DNA from: a virus
IMG/VR virus record: IMGVR_UViG_3300035698_017726
Span: 1-64,000 of that record
DNA length: 64,000 nt
Strand: one strand, 5' to 3'
The notes under the pieces are model-generated. The model was given only the letters and a program-made list of their open reading frames with translations. It was not told the DNA's origin and searched no databases. A program made the position numbers and the translations under genes. Positions 8,871 to 18,930 of the stretch are shown here, piece after piece (positions within the stretch are counted from its first letter, which is position 1; every line of letters starts with the position of its first letter).

Positions 8871-11270
8871 CTATTTTGCGTCGCCCCATGACATCGCTAC
8901 CTCCATAGAGATGTTGATGGGAACTGCCATGTCGAAGGGGTCTTCCATGAGTTCGGGAATCAGCACCTTGGCTGCTTCGATGTACTCAGGAATGTTGGGG
9001 AACTCGAAGACGAGCTCATCGTGGATCTGGAGCAGCATTCTGCCGCCCAGAATCCTCAACTCTTCGCTGTGCTCGCAGATGAGCATGGCTTCGTTGCAGA
9101 TGTCTGCAGCAGAGCCCTGAATCTCACTGTTCACGGACTGACGTTCCGCCTGGCTACGCACTCCGCCATCCGAGGAAAGGATGTCTGGGAGCCTGCGCTT
9201 ACGGCCGAGGTAGGACCTAACGTAGAGGTTCTGCCGGCAGTATTCCCTCGTGTCTTCGATGTACTGCTTCACGTAGGGATAGACTTCGAAGTACTTGCGG
9301 ATGACTGCACCTGCCTCGGGGCACCGCTCTCTTCCGCGACGGTTGGTGATGATGGGGAGACCCAGCTGACGTCCTAGTTTGACCTCACCGATACCGTAGA
9401 TGATGCCGAAGCCTACAGCCTTGAAGTGGCTACGGATCCGGAGGAGCATCTTCTGGCGCTCTGTCGGGTTCTTAGCCTGCTTCGCAGCTAGAACTTCGTC
9501 GTAATCGTAGCCACCAGCGAGGGCACAGGTCATGCAGTGCAGGTCCTTGCCGTCGAGGATGGTATCGATCATCAGAGGGTCACCGCTCTTGTGAGCCATG
9601 ATCCGCATCTCTAGCTGCTCGTAGTCGGCAACCAGGAAGCTCATCGGAGTGTCTGGAGCCAGGTCAGGGACGGCTACCGTCCTCATGGACTCCATGCAGT
9701 GCATAGGGTCGCAGTCACTCCAGACTCCTGGGATGAACAGCTTACGAATCCGGGGGCCCCAGATCTTGTCCCTTACAGGGATGTTCTGGAGGTTAGGGTC
9801 CCCAGAAGCCAGTCTGTTGGTGACCGTACCGTGCTGCTTCAGGTCGGTGTGGATGCGGTCAAGGTGGTCCGCCCATTGTGGGAGGCCCATGATGTAGGTG
9901 TCGTGCATCTTTGTGAGTACACGGTATTCCTGCATGCTCTCCGACAGAGCGTGGCCCTTGTCCGCCCACTCTGTGATGGCTTCCTTGTTGGTAGAGGGCT
10001 TCTTGACGCCAGAGGCGCCACCCTTGGACCAGAACTTGGGCTCTTCTCCGAAGGGGTCCTTCCATCTACCCGCGCTGTCCTGTGAGTAGAAGAGCTCACG
10101 CATCTGCGTTGGGCTACGTAGGTTCACGTTCTGCCCAGCCAGAGCCACCATCTTGCGCTCCAGCTTGCCGATCTCCTTCTCCATGGGCTCGCAGTAGCTG
10201 ACAGCCTTCTCTACGTCAATTCGGATACCGCGACGCTCCATGTTCCAGAGGACTCTGGTGTAGGGGAGCATCCGCTGGTTGTAGTGGTCCAGCAGTGTCT
10301 CGTCCTCTTCATAGACCTCGCCCTCCAGATCCTCGCCCTCAAGGCTGTCCCTGAGGTAGTCGACCAGCATGTAGGAGCCCCACGCATCCAGAGACGCGTA
10401 GTCACTGACCAGGAGCTTCACCATGTCCAGTGGGTCCAGATCCACTTTGATGTGCTTTCTCAGCCCTGCGGACAGCCACTCATGAGCTTCCTTCAGGACC
10501 TCTTTATCTGTGAGCAGACACGTCCAGTCGGACCTGTCCGATAGGGCGACAGGTATCCCACCCATCATCACGGCGAAGTCGGACACGTAGGAGAGCTTTC
10601 CGGAGGAGCGAGGGGCTACTCCGTGCTTCCGGCCCATGGCCAGCAGCTTTCTAGCGTCCAGAACATAGCCGGCTCTCTTGGAGAGACTGAGCTTCTGCAG
10701 GTCCTTGAGGACGTCCGGGTCTCCCTCTGCCTTTCTGACGACTACTAGAAGGTCAGCGGCCTCTGCCTCATCGTTTGCCTCCAGGGCATCGTGCATGAGC
10801 CCGAGAGTGACGACCTCTTTGTCGATGGAGCCTACGTTACCGAAGACCTCCTTGAAGCTCGACATGCGCAGTCCGAGATAGTCCTTACAGGTGGGCTTGA
10901 GGCCGTGCTTGCCTCTTCGGTTCTCGTCTAAAGCCCAGTCCATAGGAACCGTATCGGGGGTGGCGCCACGGATGTGGATGTTGTGGCTGGCACACATATG
11001 CATATCGAACTTGGCGTTCGACATTCTCTTCTCGATGTTCGGGTCTTCCAGAATCGGGGTGAAGATCGAAAGCAGTCTGACGGGTCCGGCGATGCGGGTC
11101 TTTCCGTCACTGAACGAGAAGAACTTGATGCGGGCTCTGAACTTGTCCAGGCCTGTAGTTTCCGTATCGAAGCCGATTGCCTCGCATTCCATGTACCGTT
11201 CGGCCCACTTAATGGCCTCGCGTTCTGTCTCTACGTAGACCGGGTCCGGGGTACGAACGTACGAGTACAT
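8871..11270 (-). CDS. polA: Family A DNA polymerase with 3'-5' exonuclease and no 5'-3' exonuclease
   Basis: DTETTG, NAKFD, PNLQNIP, DYEQLEMR, KAVGFGIIYG, NSEIQGSAAD, QIHDEL. Confidence 0.95.
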   Translation of the reverse strand: MYSYVRTPDPVYVETEREAIKWAERYMECEAIGFDTETTGLDKFRARIKFFSFSDGKTRIAGPVRLLSIFTPILEDPNIEKRMSNAKFDMHMCASHNIHIRGATPDTVPMDWALDENRRGKHGLKPTCKDYLGLRMSSFKEVFGNVGSIDKEVVTLGLMHDALEANDEAEAADLLVVVRKAEGDPDVLKDLQKLSLSKRAGYVLDARKLLAMGRKHGVAPRSSGKLSYVSDFAVMMGGIPVALSDRSDWTCLLTDKEVLKEAHEWLSAGLRKHIKVDLDPLDMVKLLVSDYASLDAWGSYMLVDYLRDSLEGEDLEGEVYEEDETLLDHYNQRMLPYTRVLWNMERRGIRIDVEKAVSYCEPMEKEIGKLERKMVALAGQNVNLRSPTQMRELFYSQDSAGRWKDPFGEEPKFWSKGGASGVKKPSTNKEAITEWADKGHALSESMQEYRVLTKMHDTYIMGLPQWADHLDRIHTDLKQHGTVTNRLASGDPNLQNIPVRDKIWGPRIRKLFIPGVWSDCDPMHCMESMRTVAVPDLAPDTPMSFLVADYEQLEMRIMAHKSGDPLMIDTILDGKDLHCMTCALAGGYDYDEVLAAKQAKNPTERQKMLLRIRSHFKAVGFGIIYGIGEVKLGRQLGLPIITNRRGRERCPEAGAVIRKYFEVYPYVKQYIEDTREYCRQNLYVRSYLGRKRRLPDILSSDGGVRSQAERQSVNSEIQGSAADICNEAMLICEHSEELRILGGRMLLQIHDELVFEFPNIPEYIEAAKVLIPELMEDPFDMAVPINISMEVAMSWGDAK

Positions 11271-11289
11271 ACATAAATCCTAAGGAAGA

Positions 11290-11316
11290 GAGGGCGGGAC
11301 CGATGGTCCCGCCCTC
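11290..11316 (-). terminator. Perfect 12-bp hairpin between the SSB-like gene and polA (terminator/attenuator)
   Basis: GAGGGCGGGACC-gat-GGTCCCGCCCTC followed by TCTTCCTT on the minus strand. Confidence 0.7.
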
Positions 11317-11330
11317 AGTGTTGCTTCAGA

Positions 11331-12599
11331 CTATCTCTTGCGCCTCACTGGACGCCGGCGCTTGACTGGCGCCTCTTCTTCTTCCTCTTCCTTGGCCTTG
11401 GCCTTGTTCCCGTAGGTACGGGACTTCTTGGCCGGAGTCTTCTCATCCGAGCCCAGATCGTTGTCTACGTCGAGCAGGCGGCAGATGTAGTCGTTGGTCA
11501 TGGGAAGGTGGACCTGGTCGAAGTCGAACTGGTTGTCCGACAGCTTCTTGAGGTCCTCGACGAGGATGGGGTTTCCGTTGTCGTCTTCCTTGACGTAGTA
11601 CTCATCGTCTTCTTCTTCCATCTCTACGATGGGAGCACCGTTGAAGAGCTCGAACTCAGGCAGAGGGATGATCTTGTCGATCACGATGGTGGAGCTAGCT
11701 CCCTCACCGGACTTACGGACCTTGGCTACTACGTCGAAGCCAGTCAGAGGCTTGGCCTCACTGCATTCGTCGCACACCTTGACGATGTCCGTGAAGTCGA
11801 AGTGTCCGCAGTGAGGGCAGCGTTGCCGTTCTTCCGCGTACCTTGTGACATCCTCTGGGCCCATGTTGGCGTCCTCGACAGACACCAGCGAGGACTTGCA
11901 GGAAGCGCAGCTGAACTCCACCGGCTCCAGCTCGCCACCGCATGCGCAGTGGTTGCTGGCCATAGCGTCGATCTCCATCAGCGCCTGGAGGTGGCCCCAG
12001 CCTACCTCGACGTACTTCTTCCGGAAGAGACAGGCCATGCCCTCCTCGACCATGTCGTCCACTTCGTCACGCAGTTCCTTGATGTCGCGCGCCTTGGTGA
12101 CCTCTTCCCAAACCATGATGGGCTCGCCGCGCTTCTCACCCTTCTCGTACTTGACGATCTTGCCGTCACGCACGAGCTCCACTCTCTTGTAGGGGGCGAA
12201 GTGGATGGCGTTCAGACTGTAGACGTCCTTACGCTGGCTAGGGCGCTTGTCTCCGCCTTCACGGGAACGGCACGCCATGCAGAGCTCGCTGGGGTCCACA
12301 GTTTCCTGCTTCGAGAAGCAGACCCGGCAGCGTCCCTTACGGAACGAGTCCCGGCCCTTGATGATGACGCGGAAGCTGTGTGATGGGTGTACGTGATAGT
12401 GCTTCTCTGGGGGCTGTCCCTTGTTGTTCTCTACTTCTTCGGGTCTCAGGTCTGGGTACTCACCGGGGGTGAGCATCATGTATGCGGAAGTGGCCTTGGG
12501 AATGTCGAAACGGTCGGTCCAACCGCCTCTCCAGCCCTTACTTCCTCTCTGCTTTTTCTCGCCGAGCACGCTGCGTCGCAGCCCTAACGCTCTTGACAT
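11331..12599 (-). CDS. Probable ssDNA-binding protein with multiple Zn fingers
   Basis: Lies between primase and polymerase; several CxxC pairs, a gp32-like RKSGEG..ST segment and a charged tail. Confidence 0.55.
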   Translation of the reverse strand: MSRALGLRRSVLGEKKQRGSKGWRGGWTDRFDIPKATSAYMMLTPGEYPDLRPEEVENNKGQPPEKHYHVHPSHSFRVIIKGRDSFRKGRCRVCFSKQETVDPSELCMACRSREGGDKRPSQRKDVYSLNAIHFAPYKRVELVRDGKIVKYEKGEKRGEPIMVWEEVTKARDIKELRDEVDDMVEEGMACLFRKKYVEVGWGHLQALMEIDAMASNHCACGGELEPVEFSCASCKSSLVSVEDANMGPEDVTRYAEERQRCPHCGHFDFTDIVKVCDECSEAKPLTGFDVVAKVRKSGEGASSTIVIDKIIPLPEFELFNGAPIVEMEEEDDEYYVKEDDNGNPILVEDLKKLSDNQFDFDQVHLPMTNDYICRLLDVDNDLGSDEKTPAKKSRTYGNKAKAKEEEEEEAPVKRRRPVRRKR

Positions 12600-13563
12600 T
12601 TTGTCTTCTCCACTTGGAGTATGTTTGTGAGGTTTCTATCGCTCTGATCACGTCGTCATGAGACATGTCATCAGGCTGCAGGCCAATCTCTGGGTAATTC
12701 ATGACGAGGACGTTGCAGCCAGGTAGTTTATAACCGTTCTTCAGTGTTGCTTCACGTCCCCAGACGTCATTATCCAGACAGAAAATGACCGTCCCACCAA
12801 CTCGTTGGAAGAACCGCCTCTGCATGTCGCTGATGTTTGTGCCCATCGACGCTACAACATCTGGGAATCCGCTCTGCATCATCCACAGCCGTGCTTTGAA
12901 TCCCTCGGTAAGGAGCACCACGGCTGGATCTTCCGCCCCGTATACCTGCGGGTAGACTGTCTCCCAGCCCCACAGGTAGTTGTGATTATCGAAGGAGTAG
13001 TTCGGGTACCCTAGGTCCTGAATCTCCTTGCGATATACCTTGTACTTTCCTCCTGATTCATAGGACTCACATCTACCAGAGATGCCAGCCAATCGGCCTT
13101 TGATGTCTCGAACAGGGAAAGTTATTCTCTCGCGCTTCTGGTCGTACCCGACGTCCTGCTCCCATAGTAGGTACTCGTCGAACCCCGCATCTATCAGGGA
13201 TTCTGGACAGAACTCGAAGAGTCCTAGCAGTCTCTCTGGTAAAGGATTGGGTGTCTCGAACAGCCCTGTCCGGGTCAAGATGTTCTTCTTGCGTTCAGTC
13301 TTGACCAGCGATGGTCCGAGGCGGACCATGGCTTTGTCGACGTACTCTCTGCTTTTATTGAGCCTCTTCAGCAGCTGGGGCAGTCCACCTCCTCCGCAAC
13401 CGGAGAAGCAATACCACTGTCCCGTAGCAATGTTGAAGCTGAACGAGGGCTTCGACTTACCAGCCACTTCCCCATGAATGGGGCAGCAGCCGATGTAGTT
13501 GCTTCCTGCTGTGGGCTTCAGTCCATCGATGTACTTCTTGGCGAAGTCGAGAACTTGGCTCAC
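12538..13563 (-). CDS. dnaG: DnaG-type DNA primase
   Basis: CPIH...CFSGC Zn finger, RITFP, GR, TOPRIM LTEG and DND. Confidence 0.9.
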   Translation of the reverse strand: MSQVLDFAKKYIDGLKPTAGSNYIGCCPIHGEVAGKSKPSFSFNIATGQWYCFSGCGGGGLPQLLKRLNKSREYVDKAMVRLGPSLVKTERKKNILTRTGLFETPNPLPERLLGLFEFCPESLIDAGFDEYLLWEQDVGYDQKRERITFPVRDIKGRLAGISGRCESYESGGKYKVYRKEIQDLGYPNYSFDNHNYLWGWETVYPQVYGAEDPAVVLLTEGFKARLWMMQSGFPDVVASMGTNISDMQRRFFQRVGGTVIFCLDNDVWGREATLKNGYKLPGCNVLVMNYPEIGLQPDDMSHDDVIRAIETSQTYSKWRRQNVKSVRAATQRARREKAERK

Positions 13564-14963
13564 GAGTAGATTCGTTTCCTCTTGGCAGGTCTCTTCTTGG
13601 TGATGGCGCCCGGTCTCTTAGCTGGAGCAGCCGTCGGAGTCTGCTTCGGCTTTGATGCGGCCTTGGCGTCAAGGAAGGCGGTCACATCACACTCTTCTTG
13701 GACCACTTCGAAGGGCTCACCAGGGTTGGCGTTGATGAGCATGGGCTTCAGGTCGGCCTCTCTGGCGCCGGAGAAGTACATGCAGATCGCAGTCTTGTTC
13801 TCTCTGGTGGGATGGGGCCCCTTGAACACGCGTGCAGCAAAGTCGGCATCCTGGCCGATAGCATCAGCGTAGGACAGGTCGTCCATGTCGTCAGACGGAG
13901 CAGCGGCTTTGGCTCTGTTGGCCTGGGTGGTACCTAGAACAGGGACCTCCAGGAATTGGGCCATGCCCTTCAGGTCCTGACTAATATGAGCAATCTGTTT
14001 CCAGTCTGCTGTCCTGGTTCCAGACCTGCCGTCGGTCAGGAGGTAGAAGCCGTCTACCACCAGAAGCTCTGGCTCGAACTGCTCAGCTCTTGCCGTAATC
14101 TCGTCCACACTGGAGCTACGCCTACGTCCTTTATCGCTGTCGAAGGCGATAGACCGTTGGTGCGCTCCTACCCGAGTCATGTCCTCGAGATCCTTCAGGC
14201 TCTCCACGATGGCAAAGTACTTCTCCTTCTCCGTCAGAGGGAGGTTGGCGGCCTTCAGGAGGAAGTAGTCCACCTCTGCGATGAGCGCCGCGACTCGACG
14301 CCTCATATCCGATACACGCATCTCTTTGCTGAATGCGTATACCCTATGGTTACAGAGGTACGCGTGAGCGATGCAGGCGCAGGCTACCCAGGTCTTCATG
14401 TTCTTCGGTCGCCCGTAGAACACGATGAAGTCCTCGGGATGCATCCCTCCAGTCGCCTTGTTGACGTGAGGCCAAGGGAATGGGACTCCTGTGACTCCGC
14501 CAGCGATCTCTTTGGTGTCGTACTCCTGCCTCAAGTCGTCGTAACCGTCGGCCATCAGAGATACAGACGTCTCCGATGCGAGGAGGCTCACCTTACGCAG
14601 CCGAGGCATGTAGGCCTGAAGGACTAGCGCAGGGTCCTCTCCATCGTCCAAGTACTCGCCCATCTCTCCGATGAGCTTATCTGCCTCTCGTCGGCCTTTC
14701 TCCGTCATCATCTCGTCGATGAGAGCCGCTACGGAGTTTCTACTCGTCACCGACCGGAAGTTGGGGAAGTGCCTGCTGAACCTAGCTAGGTCGGGCACCT
14801 CACCGCGATGAGCTGGAGAGTGAAACTGGTCCCACAACCATTGGTAGTAGTCCCTAGCCTCTTCCGTCTCGAATGAAGAAGGCGTCAGCCCCCTCTTTCG
14901 AGCCGGACGAAGGTCACCAGTCTTGACAATATTGCTGATGATTTCCAGCTCGATGTTGGCCAT
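13560..14963 (-). CDS. dnaB: DnaB-like replicative helicase
   Basis: GVPFPW, GRPKNMKT, SKEM, VVDG, QANR, DAIGQDAD. Confidence 0.9.
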   Translation of the reverse strand: MANIELEIISNIVKTGDLRPARKRGLTPSSFETEEARDYYQWLWDQFHSPAHRGEVPDLARFSRHFPNFRSVTSRNSVAALIDEMMTEKGRREADKLIGEMGEYLDDGEDPALVLQAYMPRLRKVSLLASETSVSLMADGYDDLRQEYDTKEIAGGVTGVPFPWPHVNKATGGMHPEDFIVFYGRPKNMKTWVACACIAHAYLCNHRVYAFSKEMRVSDMRRRVAALIAEVDYFLLKAANLPLTEKEKYFAIVESLKDLEDMTRVGAHQRSIAFDSDKGRRRSSSVDEITARAEQFEPELLVVDGFYLLTDGRSGTRTADWKQIAHISQDLKGMAQFLEVPVLGTTQANRAKAAAPSDDMDDLSYADAIGQDADFAARVFKGPHPTRENKTAICMYFSGAREADLKPMLINANPGEPFEVVQEECDVTAFLDAKAASKPKQTPTAAPAKRPGAITKKRPAKRKRIYS

Positions 14964-15226
14964 TACAGTGGATCCTCGATATCTGCGTCAGGGTTATCGA
15001 GTACGCCTCCAATGTCCTCATCGTCAGGTACGTCCAGACCGTGGCCGATGTTGATTGCCTTCTCGATGGATGAGAAGACTCTCTGTACGGCGTCTCCGTC
15101 GATATCTTCGAGCGGGATGAACGTAGCTCCGGCAGCGATAGGTCCGTGCTCAATGACTACCGTGTAGTGAGCGCGAATCTTGTGCTCCATCAGCTCGACA
15201 GAGGTGACCTTGCAGTGAGCTCCCAT
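14963..15226 (-). CDS. Hypothetical protein
   Basis: TAATG-coupled on both sides. Confidence 0.65.
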   Translation of the reverse strand: MGAHCKVTSVELMEHKIRAHYTVVIEHGPIAAGATFIPLEDIDGDAVQRVFSSIEKAINIGHGLDVPDDEDIGGVLDNPDADIEDPL

Positions 15227-15564
15227 TAGTGGAGTCCCTCGAAGACTTGGTGGGCGCTCTTGAACGCCTGTTCAACGAACTCGTTGGAGAGCCCATCAGC
15301 AACTACGAATCCATCTCGTAGGCCATCTTCTGATTGGTCACAGGTCAGGGTGACGGTAACAAAGGCCCCAAAGCCTGTGCCGAAGTCGGAGTCCTTCATG
15401 TCCTTGGAAACAGTGACTCTGGCAGCCCTGTCCCCCATCAGATCTCTCACAATGTCTACTGGCATGTCTAGTTCCTCGGCGTAGATGGGGCGTTCTATCC
15501 GCTGTGATGGGCCAACCTTATCTCGGGTGGCCCATATGTTGCCGGATAGCTTTCCTACAATCAC
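15226..15564 (-). CDS. Hypothetical protein
   Basis: Coupled ORF within the operon. Confidence 0.65.
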   Translation of the reverse strand: MIVGKLSGNIWATRDKVGPSQRIERPIYAEELDMPVDIVRDLMGDRAARVTVSKDMKDSDFGTGFGAFVTVTLTCDQSEDGLRDGFVVADGLSNEFVEQAFKSAHQVFEGLH

Positions 15565-15989
15565 TGCAGAATCTTCGGGATAGACACGGCAGAGGTGGCA
15601 GCCTTCTTCTCTACGTACCCGGTGTAGATGGCCTTGAGGTCTCCAGGCAGCCTATCGAGCTGCTTGGCGATGACCGTGTGCTTTAGCACGCCGTACTCCA
15701 GGAGGACCTGCACGTCACCGCGCTCTTCGGCCTTGTCCAAGATACCAGCAGAGTCCACAACGGTGGTGGTACACTTACCTACATTGAAGTGGTGCCCGAA
15801 CAGGTCGGCAGACCCGGTCTTACGGAGAGCAGTCTTGGCCTGGTCTACGAGGTTGGGCTTGGCGGCCTTGAGCTCCAGGTAACGGTCCCAGGTCTCCTTG
15901 TGTTCATAGGCGAACCACTCTTCGATGATCTTGATCTCCTCTGCACATTCTACGAGAGAGGCTACTGCTTCTTTAGCGTCGCTTTTCAT
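15561..15989 (-). CDS. Hypothetical protein
   Basis: ATGA-coupled, 142 aa. Confidence 0.65.
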   Translation of the reverse strand: MKSDAKEAVASLVECAEEIKIIEEWFAYEHKETWDRYLELKAAKPNLVDQAKTALRKTGSADLFGHHFNVGKCTTTVVDSAGILDKAEERGDVQVLLEYGVLKHTVIAKQLDRLPGDLKAIYTGYVEKKAATSAVSIPKILQ

Positions 15990-16720
15990 TTTCGGCTCCT
16001 ATCAGGGAATGAATGCCCCTGATCGCTGTACTGTTTTGTCAGCAGAAGAATCGCGTACTTCAGCTGCTGAATGGTGTTGTAGGTGTCTCCCTGCTTTCTC
16101 TTGACCAGTTTCTGGTCTCCCCGCCTAAGGAGGTAAGCTGGACTGAGGATAGACATCACCGGATACCGAATATCCTGCCCCGTCACAGGGCTTGTAACCG
16201 TGATGTCCATAATGCTTCCCTGCTTGGCGGTGATCTGTACGCTCCGTCCGACTAGAGCTGTCGCGGCTACCTTTCCTGTGGTGATGATGAGCAACGGGTC
16301 TACAGCGTAAATCGTTTGGTGCAGACGATCACGACAGGTTTTGACCTCTACTGTAGATGGCGTACGGTCGTCCTCTGGACGGCAGAGAACCACGTTGGTC
16401 CAGAAGATGTACTGGTCCAGATACTCACGGAGCTGTTCGAAGAAGATCTCGTCATCCTCTACTGACCGGATGTTCGTGAGCTCATCCGTCTGAGGCCAGG
16501 CCGTAGCCAACAGGTCCATCAGCAGCTGACCCGCATCCCCCATGAAAGGAGACCCGTCTGTGTCCTCAATAGCCCCTGGGCTTTCTCCCACAATCATGAT
16601 GTCCGCACTGGCCGAGCCGCTCCCGAAGACCACCTGCAGCCTGCTCTCATAGAGGGCAGGGCACTTACCGCACTCATCGTACTCTTCCAGGAGCTCTACT
16701 AGGGAATCCAGTCCTGACAT
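15986..16720 (-). CDS. Uracil-DNA glycosylase family 4-like (Fe-S) protein
   Basis: CGKC, VFGSG, VGESPG, PFMG, NVVLCRP; motif B reads LSPAYLLR. Confidence 0.85.
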   Translation of the reverse strand: MSGLDSLVELLEEYDECGKCPALYESRLQVVFGSGSASADIMIVGESPGAIEDTDGSPFMGDAGQLLMDLLATAWPQTDELTNIRSVEDDEIFFEQLREYLDQYIFWTNVVLCRPEDDRTPSTVEVKTCRDRLHQTIYAVDPLLIITTGKVAATALVGRSVQITAKQGSIMDITVTSPVTGQDIRYPVMSILSPAYLLRRGDQKLVKRKQGDTYNTIQQLKYAILLLTKQYSDQGHSFPDRSRK

Positions 16721-16722
16721 AA

Positions 16723-17052
16723 CTACACTCCGATGAGAATACTGCTCGGAACAGTGGTGGCGATGCCTACAACGCCGGTGACTCCTGAGTAGAACTCACC
16801 CAGTTCTCGGTCCTTGGAGCAGTCGATGGCGATATCGGCTCGGATGTACAGATCGGTGGGGACCTGCAGTGGGAACACCGGTACTGGAATCGTCTCTGCG
16901 GCCATCTGGCCTCCCTGCATCTGCCTGTACCGTACGATGACCTCCACGCAGTCATGAACCAGTACGGTTCTACCTGCCTTCGCCGTCTCCTTTACCACTC
17001 CCAAATACATCTTCCCCCCGCTGTACACGGCGGTGAGGTTGCTGATTACCAT
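16723..17052 (-). CDS. Hypothetical small beta-rich protein
   Basis: Start reassigned to MVISN, which overlaps the helicase stop. Confidence 0.55.
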   Translation of the reverse strand: MVISNLTAVYSGGKMYLGVVKETAKAGRTVLVHDCVEVIVRYRQMQGGQMAAETIPVPVFPLQVPTDLYIRADIAIDCSKDRELGEFYSGVTGVVGIATTVPSSILIGV

Positions 17053-18461
17053 CCCTGTCGTTGGCGGCGGGGCTTGCTGTCTTTCCATGTGACATTCCAT
17101 CCTTGCGCTTTGGCATAGTTGACGAGCTTCCAGACCATGCCGGTACACTCGCCGATGTGTTCGTCCTTCCAGATTCTGACCAGAGGGGTCGGCTTTCCGT
17201 CTAGGTCACGCTGAATCCGTCCAGTCAGTTGTTGTAGTGCTGGGCCTACTTTCCGGTCCTTAGTAGAGAACGGAGTCAGAATGTGGAGCATGTCCAGGTC
17301 GGTTCTGTTGAGGGCTTCACGACCCACGCCGATGGTGATGAAGGTCAAAGAGTGCTCATGCAGTCTCCTCAACCTCTCTTTTGCCCCTATTACCTTCCCA
17401 TTTATGAATGTACTCACGCCTGGGAAGTACCACTCGCTCAGAAACTCCGCATGCTCTGGGTTATGGGTAGCTGCGTAGACGATCCTGCCGGCAGCTAAGT
17501 CCTCACGGATCTGGGCTACGATGAGCTCGTTACGGGGCATATTGTTGGCTAGAACTTTGCGGAGAAGACCGATGTGAGGCTCACCAGTAGTGGCCAGCGT
17601 CTCTTCGTACTCTTCTTCCGTGAGGACCGTACCTGTATCGTGAACGATGAACTCAGGGTCCATCTCCTGGGTAAGATCCTTGTAGAGGACTGGCCCGATG
17701 TTGTTCAGGAAGACGCCCTCTAGCCCATCGGTTCTCTCTACCGTAGCGGTCAGGCCCAGCCGTGGGCCTGCACTTACCGCCGCAGATCTGGCGAAGTGGT
17801 TGGCCGCCATGACGTGTGTCTCATCGTAGATGGTGAGCCCGAAGGTAGTGGAGAAGTCAGGCGGTAGGCCTCCGTCCCTAGCTCTGTTGGCTAAGGTACT
17901 AACGGTGGCCAACACGATGTCAGCCCCGTACTCCATCTTCTTGCCCCTCACCCAGCCAACGGTACCGTCGAAGTCGAAGTTTTCCCTCAGCTCATGCAGC
18001 CAGCTCTCCAGGTGAGCTGCCTGTGGTGCCACAATCAGAGCCGGGACCTTCTTCTGGGAGACGGCATACAGACCCAAGATGGTCTTGCCTGACCCACAGG
18101 CCAGGTTCAGGATGCCGCTCCCACTCTTCTTCAGCATCTCCCAAGCCGGGGCCTGCCTTTCTCGGAGGCTAAACCCAGGTTTGGGGGCTATACGAATGCT
18201 TCTGAACTCTGTCGGTCTTTGGTCTACTAGCTCTATGCCCAATTCAGCAAGCTGCTTAGCCGTCAGGAACGCCCTAGGGACTTCCAAGTGGTGCGGATGC
18301 TCCTTCACCAGGACACGAATGTCATCGGTCTCGTCGCCATCATCCAGCCCAAACGTGAGGGCGGAGAACACAGGCTCCTCCAGGATGTGGCGACGAGGAA
18401 GGAAGAGGGTAGTGCCGACGTAGGCCTTATCGGGGCCCAGCCGCCTAAACTTGAGCCTCAT
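17046..18461 (-). CDS. SF2 DExH helicase (UvsW/XPB-like)
   Basis: LRERQ, CGSGKT, DETH, TAT, QLTGRIQR. Confidence 0.9.
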   Translation of the reverse strand: MRLKFRRLGPDKAYVGTTLFLPRRHILEEPVFSALTFGLDDGDETDDIRVLVKEHPHHLEVPRAFLTAKQLAELGIELVDQRPTEFRSIRIAPKPGFSLRERQAPAWEMLKKSGSGILNLACGSGKTILGLYAVSQKKVPALIVAPQAAHLESWLHELRENFDFDGTVGWVRGKKMEYGADIVLATVSTLANRARDGGLPPDFSTTFGLTIYDETHVMAANHFARSAAVSAGPRLGLTATVERTDGLEGVFLNNIGPVLYKDLTQEMDPEFIVHDTGTVLTEEEYEETLATTGEPHIGLLRKVLANNMPRNELIVAQIREDLAAGRIVYAATHNPEHAEFLSEWYFPGVSTFINGKVIGAKERLRRLHEHSLTFITIGVGREALNRTDLDMLHILTPFSTKDRKVGPALQQLTGRIQRDLDGKPTPLVRIWKDEHIGECTGMVWKLVNYAKAQGWNVTWKDSKPRRQRQGW

Positions 18462-18853
18462 TCCGTATCTTCCTCAACATCTTCCCACTCTTCCAGGTCG
18501 AATGGGTCCGGGTATAGAATCTTGGGGATGCTCGCGATAGCGTAGACGAGCTCCCTAAAGATGGACTCTACCGATACCAACAAGGTATTGTGAACCAGAG
18601 CATGAAAGAACGAAGTAACCACCTGAGTCTCGACTCGCTCGCTCTCTTTCACGACCTTGCCTTTCTTCGTGGTAGTTACCTTGCCCTTGGACTTACGGCT
18701 GCCATCCTCATTGACTTTCTTTCGAACCACATGGCTACACAGGACCCGGAATTTGCACTTCTGACAGGCCTTGTCGTCAGTGTCATACTCGTCTACATCA
18801 CCAAAACATCCTGGCCTATTCTGCCCGTACTTACGGGTGTACGAATCAACCAC
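18458..18853 (-). CDS. Small Cys-rich protein, first gene of the replication operon
   Basis: GTG at 18853 with AGGAGG 8 nt upstream; CFG...CQKC...C. Confidence 0.65.
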   Translation of the reverse strand: MVDSYTRKYGQNRPGCFGDVDEYDTDDKACQKCKFRVLCSHVVRKKVNEDGSRKSKGKVTTTKKGKVVKESERVETQVVTSFFHALVHNTLLVSVESIFRELVYAIASIPKILYPDPFDLEEWEDVEEDTE

Positions 18854-18886
18854 AGGATAAACCTCCTGTTCTTTGGGGTCGTGGAA

Positions 18887-18892
18887 CTTATG
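18887..18892 (-). promoter_or_regulatory. Candidate phage-RNAP promoter element CATAAG
   Basis: Same hexamer is found ahead of five minus-strand units (see findings). Confidence 0.45.
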
Positions 18893-18900
18893 TCTGACTA

Positions 18901-18909
18901 TGTTAGGCT
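18901..18909 (+). promoter_or_regulatory. Candidate extended -10 sigma70 promoter
   Basis: TGtTAGGCT about 20 nt upstream of the AGGAG-preceded ATG at 18931. Confidence 0.4.
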
Positions 18910-18930
18910 TTATAGGCCCCAGGAGAAGTA

